Part shown: one piece after another, positions 18,129 through 28,429 of the stretch
How positions within the stretch are numbered: position 1 is the first letter of the stretch
Layout: each line of letters starts with the position of its first letter
Assembly: GCA_005191425.1 (NCBI GenBank)
Contig: SUPR01000023.1
Coordinates: forward strand, 6,601 to 38,600
From: Candidatus Helarchaeota ASGARD archaeon Hel_GB_B
GTDB lineage: Archaea > Asgardarchaeota > Lokiarchaeia > Helarchaeales > HEL-GB-B
Reading direction: 5' to 3'
DNA length: 32,000 nt
Program-made: the position numbers and the translations under genes
Notes under the pieces: model-generated
Database searches by the model: none
What the model was told of the DNA's origin: nothing
The model's input: only the letters and a program-made list of their open reading frames with translations

Positions 18129-19232
18129 TTGAGAATTGCGCATATATCAGACACTCACTTAGGATATAGACAATATAATCTTGATGAACGCGAACAAGAT
18201 ATTTATGACGCTTTTGACGAAGCTATTTCAAAAATTATTGAGGAAAGAGTCGATGTATTGATACATTCAGGAGATTTATTTGATTCACCAAACCCACAAA
18301 TTAAAGCTTTAAAATCTTTTAAGAATTCAATAGAAAAATTGGAAGGAAAAGTAAAAATTTTTAGCGTTTTGGGTGACCACGATATGCCTAAGAGGAGAGG
18401 AATACCACCTCATAAACTTTTTAATGTTAATGTGCTTGGAATAGGTAGATTACAATCAGAAGAATACAAAGGAGTTTTATTTAGTGGGATTTCAAATTTA
18501 AAAGGGAATAATATCATACTTCTTAAAGAAGAATTAAAAAAATTTGACCATGAAGCGGAAAAATATAAAAAATCGGTTCTTATTTTACATCAAGCTCTCA
18601 AAAAATATCTGCCTTTTGAAGGGGCTTACGAATTAACTGCAGATGATTTGCCTAGAAGTGCAACGTATTATGCTCTGGGACACATTCATTCTCGATTATT
18701 TACTAAATTTGGAAGTGGAAAACTTGCTTATGCGGGGTCAACTGAAATTTTAAGAAAAGATGAAATAAGTTCATGGGAAAAAAATGGTAAAGGTTTTTAT
18801 ATTATAGATCTAGAGGACGATGAAGTGGCTATAAATAAAATTGACTTAGATATCAGACCACAAATTAATATCGATATTAATACTGATGAATTAGAAGAAA
18901 TATCAGACAAACTGAACTATGGTAAAAAACCTATCCTTCATGCGCGAGTTATTGGAGAACATATTGATATGAAAGCAATAATTGAAAAATTTAATGAATT
19001 ATATAGAAATAAGACCTTAAGTATTAAACTAAGTTTTAAGGATACTTCGTCAAAAATGAATCTAATTCCTCAAAAAGACTGGAATTTAAAGAAACTAATG
19101 TCAGAATATCTTAATGATGAAATTCTTGCGGACCTTGCGTATAATTTATACCAATTATTGATTGATAACAATATAGAAGAGGCAAAAAAGGTTGCAGAAA
19201 AGTTTTTGGAGGAAAATAAAAATGATCTTTAA
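18129..19232 (+). CDS. mre11: Mre11 DNA double-strand break repair nuclease
   Basis: HISDTHLG, HSGDLFD, GDHD, LHQ, ALGHIH, YAGS. Confidence 0.95.
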   Translation: MRIAHISDTHLGYRQYNLDEREQDIYDAFDEAISKIIEERVDVLIHSGDLFDSPNPQIKALKSFKNSIEKLEGKVKIFSVLGDHDMPKRRGIPPHKLFNVNVLGIGRLQSEEYKGVLFSGISNLKGNNIILLKEELKKFDHEAEKYKKSVLILHQALKKYLPFEGAYELTADDLPRSATYYALGHIHSRLFTKFGSGKLAYAGSTEILRKDEISSWEKNGKGFYIIDLEDDEVAINKIDLDIRPQINIDINTDELEEISDKLNYGKKPILHARVIGEHIDMKAIIEKFNELYRNKTLSIKLSFKDTSSKMNLIPQKDWNLKKLMSEYLNDEILADLAYNLYQLLIDNNIEEAKKVAEKFLEENKNDL

Positions 19233-21813
19233 AAAAATAATTTTGAAAAATTTTATTTCCCATAATGAAACCGAGATTGATTTTCCTCTGGGAGTCACTG
19301 TGATTGTGGGCGAGAATGGTGCAGGGAAATCTTCAATTCTAGATGGTCTAATTTTTGCATTATTTGGAGATAAAGTGAGGGGGGATACCATTACAGATAT
19401 TATAAGGTGGGGTACTTCTTCTGCTGAAATCATACTTGATTTTGATATGGATTCAGTAGAATATGAAGTTAAATGGACTCGGACAAAAAGAAATGTAAAT
19501 GCTAAATTAATAAGGAAGGATATTGGTGTTATTGCTACTCATAAAGATAATGTAGTTAATGAAATCCCTAAAATTTTAAAAATGGACAAAGAGACAATTA
19601 TTAACTCGATATTTATACGCCAAGGAGAAATTGCAAGTCTAATAGACGCCGACCCAAAAGTAAGAAAAAATTTAATTGGAAAATTAATTGGCCTGGATAA
19701 AATGGAAAAATCATGGGAATTAATGAAAAAAGTGATAGAACATTTTGAAGAAGAAAAAAAGGATTTAAAAAATAGAAAAAGTGAACTTGATATAGAGATA
19801 AAAACAAAGACCAAAAACATTGAAAAAATAAAAATTGAAATCGATGACTTGAAAAATAAAATAACATCACTTGAAAAAGATTTTAAATTAGTAAATAAGC
19901 AATTTAAAAATATTGATGAAAAATTAAATGAATTGAACAAAAAAAAGGAGATATATAATAAGCTTCATACATCAATAGAAGTAATCAGTGGAGAACTTTC
20001 TTTAATAGAAAAGGAGATAGAAGACTTTAAAGTTTCGGTAGCTGAGAGTAAAGAAGCAAAAGAAAAGATGAAAGAATTAGAAAAAAAAATAGAAAGAATT
20101 CCACTAATAGAACAATATGTTGAGAAATTTCGAAAATTAAATGATGAAAATGAGAATTTGAATGATTTTACTAATGAAATTAATGAAATTCAAAATATAG
20201 ATAAAAATTTACGTAAAAAATTTGAGGAATATAAAGAATATAAATCGAATATTGAAGTTGATTTAGAAATACAGGATGATTTGTGGCAGATAAAGGAAAT
20301 ATATTCAAATTTAATTTATGATTTAGATAGCCATTTTTCACAAATTTCTGAAATGAAGGACGAACTTAAAAAATTAATAGAAAAAGCTAAAAAAGTATTA
20401 ACAGATATTACGCCACAAGGAAAAGAAGACAAAATAAATGAATTAGAAAAGAGAATAAAAGAAATTGAAACTAAAATAAGAAATCTACAGGAGAGTTATG
20501 GACAAAAAATTGGTAGAATTCGTGAAATTGATGAATTCTTAGATTTATTAAAAGAAAAAGATATTTGTCCAGTGTGTAAATCAAAACTGACTATAGACCA
20601 TAGAAAAAAAGTGACAAATGAACTACGGGATGAGAAAAAAAGGCATATTGATGAACTAAAAAAAATTCAAAATGAACTTGAAGGGTTAAATAAATCTAAA
20701 TCTGAATTAAACCAGAAAATCAAAGAAGTTACGGAAATAAATGTGAAAAGAATTATTAAACTAAAGAAAGATATCGATAAAAAGTCATTAGAATCTAAAA
20801 AATTATATAAGAAACTTCAATTAATTGAAGTTAAACTCGCTAAAATTAAAACTAATATTGAAAAAGACATATCAGACATCAATGTATTAATTAGGAAACT
20901 ATCGGATGATATTCAAGAAATTATCACAAAAATTGGATACGAACCTACGAAGCCCGAAAATGAATTAAAGAGATTGAGAGAAAAAGAAAATGAATATAAT
21001 AATCTCAAACCGATTGCTGGCCGATATAATGAATTAACTCAAAAACTTGAATTAAAAAAATCCAGGAAAAGCATTTTATTGTCTAATTTGAATGATACTA
21101 ATCAAAATATAAAAGAGTTAGGCTATAATAAGGAAGAACATGAGAAAATAGGGGAAGAACGGGATAAATTACTCCAAAAACAGATTAAAATAAAAACGGA
21201 ATTAAATGAAAAAAAGGAATTACTTGAAAAAAGAATAGAAGAGATGAAAGAATTAGAAATAGAACTAAAAAAATATGCTGCTGATCTTAAAAAAATAGAA
21301 AAAAGTCTTAATAAAATCGAAGAATTTCTAAATAAATTAGAAAGAGTAAGAGGTTCATTCTCGAGAGATGGAGGACAAAAATTGGTCCGAAGAGTGATCG
21401 CTCCAATTATCTCGGAGTATGCGAAGACATATGTTGAACATTTTAATCTTGACATAATGAACATAGAAATATCAGAAGATTTTGATATTTCAATTGTAAA
21501 AGGTGGAAATGAAGTATCAATTAAATCGATGAGTGGTGGGGAGAAGGTCGCGATAGCTATTGCTATAAGATTAGCACTTGCTAAGACTATTTCCGGGAAT
21601 TTATCCTCAATAATAATGGACGAGCCAACAATACACCTTGACGATGAGAGACGTAGAGAACTTGTTGATATAATGAAGGATTTTCTGATGGACAATAGAA
21701 TAGTGCCGCAAATGATAATTATTAGCCATTTTGCAGGTTTAGAAGATGTTGCAGATACAATTTATCAAGTAAAAAAAACAAATAACGTTTCAAGGGTCGA
21801 ATTAATTACGTAA
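19222..21813 (+). CDS. rad50: Rad50 ATPase
   Basis: Walker A GENGAGKSS, long coiled coil, Zn hook CPVC, signature MSGGE, Walker B MDEPT. ATG at 19222 follows GGAGG and overlaps the mre11 stop. Confidence 0.96.
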   Translation: MIFKKIILKNFISHNETEIDFPLGVTVIVGENGAGKSSILDGLIFALFGDKVRGDTITDIIRWGTSSAEIILDFDMDSVEYEVKWTRTKRNVNAKLIRKDIGVIATHKDNVVNEIPKILKMDKETIINSIFIRQGEIASLIDADPKVRKNLIGKLIGLDKMEKSWELMKKVIEHFEEEKKDLKNRKSELDIEIKTKTKNIEKIKIEIDDLKNKITSLEKDFKLVNKQFKNIDEKLNELNKKKEIYNKLHTSIEVISGELSLIEKEIEDFKVSVAESKEAKEKMKELEKKIERIPLIEQYVEKFRKLNDENENLNDFTNEINEIQNIDKNLRKKFEEYKEYKSNIEVDLEIQDDLWQIKEIYSNLIYDLDSHFSQISEMKDELKKLIEKAKKVLTDITPQGKEDKINELEKRIKEIETKIRNLQESYGQKIGRIREIDEFLDLLKEKDICPVCKSKLTIDHRKKVTNELRDEKKRHIDELKKIQNELEGLNKSKSELNQKIKEVTEINVKRIIKLKKDIDKKSLESKKLYKKLQLIEVKLAKIKTNIEKDISDINVLIRKLSDDIQEIITKIGYEPTKPENELKRLREKENEYNNLKPIAGRYNELTQKLELKKSRKSILLSNLNDTNQNIKELGYNKEEHEKIGEERDKLLQKQIKIKTELNEKKELLEKRIEEMKELEIELKKYAADLKKIEKSLNKIEEFLNKLERVRGSFSRDGGQKLVRRVIAPIISEYAKTYVEHFNLDIMNIEISEDFDISIVKGGNEVSIKSMSGGEKVAIAIAIRLALAKTISGNLSSIIMDEPTIHLDDERRRELVDIMKDFLMDNRIVPQMIIISHFAGLEDVADTIYQVKKTNNVSRVELIT

Positions 21814-21965
21814 TTGAATAGCTATTAATAAATTTAGATAAATAGATAAGTCAAACTAATTTATAAAAAGGGTATCGATTTTTTACAATAAAATCAACGT
21901 AACTTAGAAAATTATTTTTAAAATAATTTTAGGCATCAAAATTTTGATAATTTTAAATAAAAAAA

Positions 21966-22562
21966 TCATAGTAAGACTTCCTTGCATTGATAATATGTGA
22001 CTTCCCCTTGGCGGTCGACTACGGTTAAGACCAGTTTTTTTCTCGAGCTTTTAGCTATTTTTGTAATTTTAGCTAGATCAACTAATTTAAGTGGAGTACC
22101 TTCAGTGATCGGATGTAATAAATATTTTGCTGCGGATTCTCCAGCGATTACACCTCTATCATATACTCTAAATTCGATACTTTCGCCGAAGCCCTGACGT
22201 ATTATATAACCTCTACTCCGAATATCTTTATAGACTAAATATTTTGTCCAGAAGTTAGGAATATTTTTTACAAAATATTCAGATAACTCTCTAAAATTAT
22301 AATTTTTATCATTTTCATCATATATATTGAGCCTTTTTCGTTCTAAGAGTAGAAGTGCTTCGAGTGGTTCTAGGATTAAAATATTATTTTCGAAATTTCC
22401 GTAATAACCTTTTTCATATAGTTTTTTAGATTTTTCGTCTTCAATATGGACTTTTAATCCTTTAAGAATACCATTATAGACTTCAATTTCTTTAGATTTT
22501 TCTTTTTCCGTGTTATTCGAGGACTTTAATTCCTTATTTTCGTTCAAATTTACCACATTCAT
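21966..22562 (-). CDS. endA: tRNA-intron endonuclease family protein, probable non-catalytic (structural) subunit
   Basis: LEPLEALLL, VYKDIRSRGY, FRVYDRG, RKKLVL.VVD..G.VTYY. Catalytic Tyr and His positions are not conserved. Confidence 0.88.
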   Translation of the reverse strand: MNVVNLNENKELKSSNNTEKEKSKEIEVYNGILKGLKVHIEDEKSKKLYEKGYYGNFENNILILEPLEALLLLERKRLNIYDENDKNYNFRELSEYFVKNIPNFWTKYLVYKDIRSRGYIIRQGFGESIEFRVYDRGVIAGESAAKYLLHPITEGTPLKLVDLAKITKIAKSSRKKLVLTVVDRQGEVTYYQCKEVLL

Positions 22563-22622
22563 TTTAAGTATTAGATAAACGTTAATATAATAGAAGACAG
22601 ATGATTTTTTAGATAAATTTTT

Positions 22623-23693
22623 TTAACTATTAATTATTTTTACAATATTTTCGTTATATGGAGGATAAATTATACCTTTTTCACAAATTATGGCTGAAAC
22701 TAATTCAGGTGGTGTAATATCGAATGCGGGGTTAATAACATCGGTATTTTTTGGTACAATCAATTTCCCATTAATTGTGGTAACTTCAGTGTGGTCTCTT
22801 TCTTCAATAACTACATTTTCAATTTGAGTAGTAAGGTCAAATGTAGAAGAGGGTGCAACTACATAAAATGGGATTTTATAATGTTTAGCAATTATAGCAA
22901 CACCTGAAGTTCCAATTTTGTTGATTACATGTCCAGTTGCTAAAATTCTATCAGCGCCGAGTATAACGCAATTAACTTCTTTTTTATAACAGATATATGA
23001 GAACATATTATCGGAAATTACCTTATGAGGTATACCTTCATAGGATAACTCAAAAGCAGTTAGTTTAGCACCTTGTAATCTTGGTCTTGTTTCATCCGCA
23101 TAAACAAAAATATTCTTTCCTAATTCATGAGCACGTTTAATTACACCTAAAGCAGTTCCATAAATTCCAGAAGTGGCTAATGCACCTGCATTACAATGTG
23201 TAACTATTTTATAATTTTGTTTAACAAGTGTAGCGCCAATATCAGCCATTTTTTTATTAATTTCATAATCTTCTTTTGCAATTTTAAGTGCTTCATCGAC
23301 AATTAATTTTTTTAAATTTAAAATATCTGTGTTATTATTTTTAATTAATTTCATGATCCTATTCAGTGCCCAAAATAGGTTTACGGCAGTGGGGCGAGTC
23401 TTACTCAAAATATTGTATGCTTCAGTTATTTTGCTCAGAAACTCGGTTTGTTCAGCGGAGTCAGGTATTTGTAAGGCTGCTAATGCCATTCCAAACCCAG
23501 CAGCTACACCAATTGCAGGAGCACCTCTTATGTTCATAACTTTTATAGCTTTAGCCATTTTTTTATAATTGTCAATTGTAATGTACTCCAATTTACCTGG
23601 TAATTTTGTTTGGTCAATTAAAATTGCCTTATTATTTTTCCAATAAATAGTCCTAATTCCGTGATCGGTATTTTTATCGCTCATTTTTAACAT
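22623..23693 (-). CDS. mtnA: S-methyl-5-thioribose-1-phosphate isomerase (eIF-2B family)
   Basis: IDQTKLP, RGAPAIG, TRPTAVNL, THCNAGALAT, DETRPRLQGAKLT, GADRI, NKIGT, NPAFDITP. Confidence 0.93.
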   Translation of the reverse strand: MLKMSDKNTDHGIRTIYWKNNKAILIDQTKLPGKLEYITIDNYKKMAKAIKVMNIRGAPAIGVAAGFGMALAALQIPDSAEQTEFLSKITEAYNILSKTRPTAVNLFWALNRIMKLIKNNNTDILNLKKLIVDEALKIAKEDYEINKKMADIGATLVKQNYKIVTHCNAGALATSGIYGTALGVIKRAHELGKNIFVYADETRPRLQGAKLTAFELSYEGIPHKVISDNMFSYICYKKEVNCVILGADRILATGHVINKIGTSGVAIIAKHYKIPFYVVAPSSTFDLTTQIENVVIEERDHTEVTTINGKLIVPKNTDVINPAFDITPPELVSAIICEKGIIYPPYNENIVKIINS

Positions 23694-23822
23694 TTTAGAA
23701 CATTATTTATAAAATAAATTAAAGATTATTAAAATAAATTATTGATTTTTTTTGATTGATTATAATTCAATTTTTCAATAAAAATATTTTTTATTCTAAA
23801 TTTTTTGCTTAATAAGATATAA

Positions 23823-24707
23823 TTATGGTTCAGGAAGATTTATGAAAACATTTATGGTCTCATTTTTTATTAAACTTTCTATAAGGTCGTTAATATAATC
23901 AGTTACATTCTCTTTTTCGACCAAATTTTTAAGTAAATCAAATTTATGCGCATGAAATGCTGAAATTATAGCTTTTTGTTTATCATCTTTTATGTTTGAA
24001 TAATTTAGATAATTTAAGAGAATAGTTTCCTTTAATTGTTCCTTCCATTTATTTTCCCCAATGCCAATTAGAGTAAAAATACCCGAAATTAAAGCTTTGG
24101 ATTTAGTGACCAATCGGCAGAGGGCGCGTTGAGTTTCTCCAGACCGAATAATGTCTTCGACAATTAATATACGATCTTGATTAGAGAGCAAATTTGCAGG
24201 CAAATATAAAGGAATGATGATACCAGTTCTGCCAGGAGAATAATTTTCTTCAAGAAATCTGGAAACACCAGCTTCTTTAGTTTTTTTAGCAATAATAGTA
24301 TCAATACCCAATTCATTTGCAGTTAAAACAGCTAAAGGCACACCATCAACAGCTGCAGTTAAGACTTTAGTAATATTTTTCTTATAGTATTTGTTAAAAA
24401 TCTCAGAAGCCACAATTTCTAATATAAAATTATTACCAACAATGTTTGAATTGTCAAAATAACCATTCTCATCAAAAGTTATATTCTTACGAATTTCATC
24501 TTTTACATCAAAAAATTCTGCAAAAACTTCGAAGATCTCCCTAGCTCGCGTATAAGAGGGGAGGACATGACCTTTAATATATCTATTCAATACAGTCATT
24601 GGTAAATTAAAAATCTGACTAAGTTTATTGTAAGTAAATTTATTCTTTAATTGCGTAAGATATTTTATTGACTTTAATCTATATTCAATAGATTGTAAAT
24701 GATTCAA
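23823..24707 (-). CDS. HTH + type I phosphoribosyltransferase (archaeal PurR-like regulator)
   Basis: N-terminal HTH (TYNKLSQIFNLPMTVLNRYIKGHVLPS), TAAVDGVPLA, PRPP motif IVEDIIRSGET. TTG start after GAGGAG. Confidence 0.85.
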   Translation of the reverse strand: MNHLQSIEYRLKSIKYLTQLKNKFTYNKLSQIFNLPMTVLNRYIKGHVLPSYTRAREIFEVFAEFFDVKDEIRKNITFDENGYFDNSNIVGNNFILEIVASEIFNKYYKKNITKVLTAAVDGVPLAVLTANELGIDTIIAKKTKEAGVSRFLEENYSPGRTGIIIPLYLPANLLSNQDRILIVEDIIRSGETQRALCRLVTKSKALISGIFTLIGIGENKWKEQLKETILLNYLNYSNIKDDKQKAIISAFHAHKFDLLKNLVEKENVTDYINDLIESLIKNETINVFINLPEP

Positions 24708-24875
24708 ATATTAGCTCCTCCATGGACATTATTTATCATCTCAGTTTACACCAATATCCCAAATTTTTAAGCAATAATTCTAATATATTTGAGATTAAAT
24801 TTATACTAAAAAAAAATTGAAAAGAGTATTTAACATTTATGTGTTAAAAACATTTTTATGTTAAAATGATAGAAA

Positions 24876-25967
24876 ATGAAGAAAATTAAATCTATAGAGC
24901 AACATACGTATTATACAGGAAATTTACCAGAAGGATGCAAATATTGCTTGGAAGGAAGTAAGCTTGTACTATTTGTAACCGGGTTATGTCCAAATCCGGA
25001 GTTTTGTAGTTGGTATTGCCCATTATCAGACAAAAGAAAAGGTCATGATATTATTTTTGCAAATGATGTCGAAGTTCACGGAGATGAAGACATTATAAAG
25101 GAAGTCAATTTAATGGAAGCTAAAGGTGCAGGAATTACCGGTGGAGAGCCGTTAGTTAAATTAGATAGGACTATTCACTACATAAAACTCCTAAAAAAAG
25201 AATTTGGAACAAAGTTTCATATCCATTTATATACAACAGGCACAATTCTTGAGAATAAAAAAGATTTATTTGCCTTAGCAGAAGCTGGATTGGATGAAAT
25301 AAGGTTTCATACAGGAAAAAAAGATAGACGTAAAATTGAATGGGCAACAGAAACTAATATGGATGTAGGAGCAGAGATACCAGTTTTACCAGATAAATTT
25401 GATGAAATAATGGAATATATAAGGTATTTAGACAGTATTGAAGGTGTAAAATTTATTAATTTAAATGAATTAGAGATGTGTGATGCAAATTCAGAGGAAT
25501 TAAAAAAGAAAAATTATACATTAAAAGATCTAACATCAGTGAAAGGTAGCCATGAATTAGCATTTAAAATTCTAAAACAAACAACTAACCTAGATTTAAA
25601 TGTTCATTATTGTACTGCTTTTGTTAAAGGAGGAGTACAACTAAGAAATAGGATGAAAAGAAGGGCTAAGAATACAAAAACAAGTTATGAAGAAATTTCC
25701 GATGAAGGATTATTTGTTAAAGCAGTAATTTTTTCCCAAAATCAAGATGAACAGCAAAATTTATCCAATCTTGTAAAAGTTTTGGTAAAAAAATTTGGAA
25801 TTCCTGAGAAAATGATTTTCTATCAACCACTTAAAAGTCGAATTGAATTACATAAGGATTTTATCAACAAAATTGCAGATTTTATACACGAACAAGGATA
25901 TATTTGCGGAATTGTAGAAGAATGGAGCGGACAAAACAGGTTTGATGTTACTTTTACGCCAATATGA
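24876..25967 (+). CDS. Radical SAM protein (COG2108-like, uncharacterised archaeal family)
   Basis: GCKYC..GSKLVLFVTGLC...YCPLS, GAGITGGEP, HIHLYT, GLDEIRFH, FINLNELE, HYCTA. Confidence 0.85.
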   Translation: MKKIKSIEQHTYYTGNLPEGCKYCLEGSKLVLFVTGLCPNPEFCSWYCPLSDKRKGHDIIFANDVEVHGDEDIIKEVNLMEAKGAGITGGEPLVKLDRTIHYIKLLKKEFGTKFHIHLYTTGTILENKKDLFALAEAGLDEIRFHTGKKDRRKIEWATETNMDVGAEIPVLPDKFDEIMEYIRYLDSIEGVKFINLNELEMCDANSEELKKKNYTLKDLTSVKGSHELAFKILKQTTNLDLNVHYCTAFVKGGVQLRNRMKRRAKNTKTSYEEISDEGLFVKAVIFSQNQDEQQNLSNLVKVLVKKFGIPEKMIFYQPLKSRIELHKDFINKIADFIHEQGYICGIVEEWSGQNRFDVTFTPI

Positions 25968-26012
25968 AATAATTTAAAATATATAGTTCTAATTTATTTA
26001 TAGAAAAAATCT

Positions 26013-27350
26013 GTGAAAACATTATGGGTCATTTTTTTGAAATTACTTATAGATCTAAATTCAGCAATAGGTCCATTTTTTAATTTTGAAAAAGATAGAT
26101 TAATTGTTCAGATACACAAAACTTTGAAAGGTTTTATTTTTAAAGAGAGTCTAAAGAAGGCATTAATTAAAAAATTTAATGTTTCAGATATTATTATACA
26201 TTTTTATTCTAAGAATAGAAAATTTTTTTTAGAAATCATATCGAATTATCAATTACCTCAAAAAGAGGAGGTTGTTAATTATTTAAATTTCTTTATTTCT
26301 AATCAAATTTATAAAAATTTAACAAATACTTTTACCCAAAGAAGGATTTTTTATATTACAAAAGAATCAAGGATTCCATTAATAGGTAGTATTTATTTTG
26401 GAATTATAGATAGAGGTACTAATCTTTTACAGATCAGGCCAATTACGGGCTGTATATTAAATTGTCCTTTTTGTAGCGTAGATGAAGGCCCGCGGTCAAA
26501 AACAAGGTGGGTTGATTATATAATTGAACCAAATTATTTATTGGAAGAAATTAAAAAGGTCATTGAATTTAAAAAAGTAAATGATATAGAAATACATTTG
26601 GATGGTCAAGGAGAACCATTAACCTATCCATATCTCATTGATTTGATAAAAAATCTGTCAAAAAATGTGAATATAAAAGTTATTTCAATGCAAACAAATG
26701 GGATTTTACTTAATAAGGAGACAATTTTAAAATTAAAAAAAGCTGGACTTAATAGAATTAATCTATCTTTAAATTCTTTAGACCCAAAAGAAGCAATTTT
26801 TCTGTCAGGTATTGAAAATTATTCTTTAAAAAATATACTTAAAAAAATTGATATAATAAAAAATAGTGGGATGGAACTTCTAATTGCACCGGTAATAATT
26901 CCAGGTATAAATGAGGACCAAATCGAACCAATTATTAAATTGATACTAAAAAAACAAATTAAAAGTAATTGGCCCGTTTTCGGTTTTCAAAATTATATAT
27001 CCTATAGATATGGTAGGAGGATGAAGGCTAAGCCTAAATCATTTTCACAATTCAATAAAGAATTAAGAGATTTAGAAAAAAAATATGATGTTAAACTATT
27101 ACTTTCTCCTAAAGATTTCAATATATATAAAATCAAATCCATAAAAAATCCAATTAAAAAAGGAGAAATAATAGATGCCAAGATAGTATTACCTGGCAGG
27201 ACATATAGAAATGAATTTGAAAGAGAGATGTTAGCTACAGCAAAAAATAGACTAATTCATGTCATTAATTGTAATTATAAAGTAGGAGACATTAAGAAAA
27301 TTCAGATATTTAGGAATAAACACAACATTAATTATGGAAAAATTATTTAA
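26013..27350 (+). CDS. Radical SAM protein (COG2100-like) with C-terminal OB/TRAM-like region
   Basis: IPLIG..FGIIDRGTNLLQIRP, CILNCPFC (CX3CX2C), DGQGEP, MQTNG, RINLSL. Exact start uncertain. Confidence 0.85.
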   Translation: MKTLWVIFLKLLIDLNSAIGPFFNFEKDRLIVQIHKTLKGFIFKESLKKALIKKFNVSDIIIHFYSKNRKFFLEIISNYQLPQKEEVVNYLNFFISNQIYKNLTNTFTQRRIFYITKESRIPLIGSIYFGIIDRGTNLLQIRPITGCILNCPFCSVDEGPRSKTRWVDYIIEPNYLLEEIKKVIEFKKVNDIEIHLDGQGEPLTYPYLIDLIKNLSKNVNIKVISMQTNGILLNKETILKLKKAGLNRINLSLNSLDPKEAIFLSGIENYSLKNILKKIDIIKNSGMELLIAPVIIPGINEDQIEPIIKLILKKQIKSNWPVFGFQNYISYRYGRRMKAKPKSFSQFNKELRDLEKKYDVKLLLSPKDFNIYKIKSIKNPIKKGEIIDAKIVLPGRTYRNEFEREMLATAKNRLIHVINCNYKVGDIKKIQIFRNKHNINYGKII

Positions 27351-28429
27351 TTAATAGGAAATCTCAATAAAGCAACTATACCACCTAATTTATTAAGTTG
27401 CTCGCCTGCAGGGTGCAATGAACTTATTATTTTTATCTTTCCACCTTTATTTTCAATATTTTTTAAAAGGTTATAAAAATAAGCGCGTTCTTCAATTGAA
27501 CATTCTCTGAATAATTTATCTAAGATTAATAATGTATCAATTGCGCCATATAAATCGGCTTTTTCAATATCATTTATTTTATAGGCAACTGTATTAGTAT
27601 CTTTTCCAATTCGCTGAAAAATTTCGTTTACTAATTCTAATTCTTCATTCAAATTTAAATTTTCCATAATTGTTTTTATTTTCTCACTTTTCAATACTTC
27701 ATATAAACTATTGACATTTGCGCCGCTAGCGGGAATTACAACAATCTTTTTAATCATAGAGTATTTTTGTTCTTGAATATATTTAAAAAACTGCTCTTTG
27801 ATAAAGCCTGGCCCACCAAGTACAATATAATTTATTAATTCACTTGTATTTTCTTTTAAAATATTATAGGCTTCATTGAAGAAGTCTCTTAATGCAGATT
27901 TGTGGTAATTAACTTCGTAATATTTTCCAGGTAGGGAAGTAGTAAAATATTTTATAATTCTAACACCTATATTTGATATTTCTGCTAAAATACACTCACC
28001 TTTGTCTATAAGGACAACTAAAAAATTGGGTTTTTTTGAACTTTCAATAGCTTCATTAATTTTTTCTAAAATATAATGTGGCCAGTCAGTTTTTTTTATT
28101 TTTAATTTAGTGTGAACTTCAATATTTAATGTGTGATAAGAATGTAGAGATATAATGTTTTCGGGTCCGTCTATAATTTTACCTGTGATTCGTAGACGAT
28201 TTGAAAATGCATGAAACCCTAATTTTTCGACCTCAATCCCGACATAAATCCTAACTTTTTCTCCCTTATCAGATCTTGCAAATTCGTTATCTTGTCTAAT
28301 TCGCCTTTTAGTCCATGAATAAACGATATCGCCAGGTGTTATAATATTATAGAGATACCATAAATCGTTTAAATTATCAATCAAAATTTCTATTTCAGAT
28401 TGGTCTAAATTTTCTTCAATAATTTTCAT
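27347..28429 (-). CDS. pelA: Pelota/Dom34 ribosome rescue factor
   Basis: DLWYLYNII, RLRITG, YHTLN, GGPGF, YGAIDTLL, GEQLNKLGGIVALLRFP. Confidence 0.94.
   Translation of the reverse strand: MKIIEENLDQSEIEILIDNLNDLWYLYNIITPGDIVYSWTKRRIRQDNEFARSDKGEKVRIYVGIEVEKLGFHAFSNRLRITGKIIDGPENIISLHSYHTLNIEVHTKLKIKKTDWPHYILEKINEAIESSKKPNFLVVLIDKGECILAEISNIGVRIIKYFTTSLPGKYYEVNYHKSALRDFFNEAYNILKENTSELINYIVLGGPGFIKEQFFKYIQEQKYSMIKKIVVIPASGANVNSLYEVLKSEKIKTIMENLNLNEELELVNEIFQRIGKDTNTVAYKINDIEKADLYGAIDTLLILDKLFRECSIEERAYFYNLLKNIENKGGKIKIISSLHPAGEQLNKLGGIVALLRFPIN

Noticed and set aside
18372-18383. Mre11 GDHD instead of GNHD
   Set aside because: As I recall, Sulfolobales Mre11 has the same variant, so it is not a sign of inactivation.
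19700-21350. Repetitive Lys/Glu-rich coding pattern
   Set aside because: Explained by the Rad50 coiled coil.
22623-23693. Ribose-1,5-bisphosphate isomerase or eIF2B subunit call
   Set aside because: THCNAGALAT and ETRPxLQGAxLT are MtnA-type motifs.
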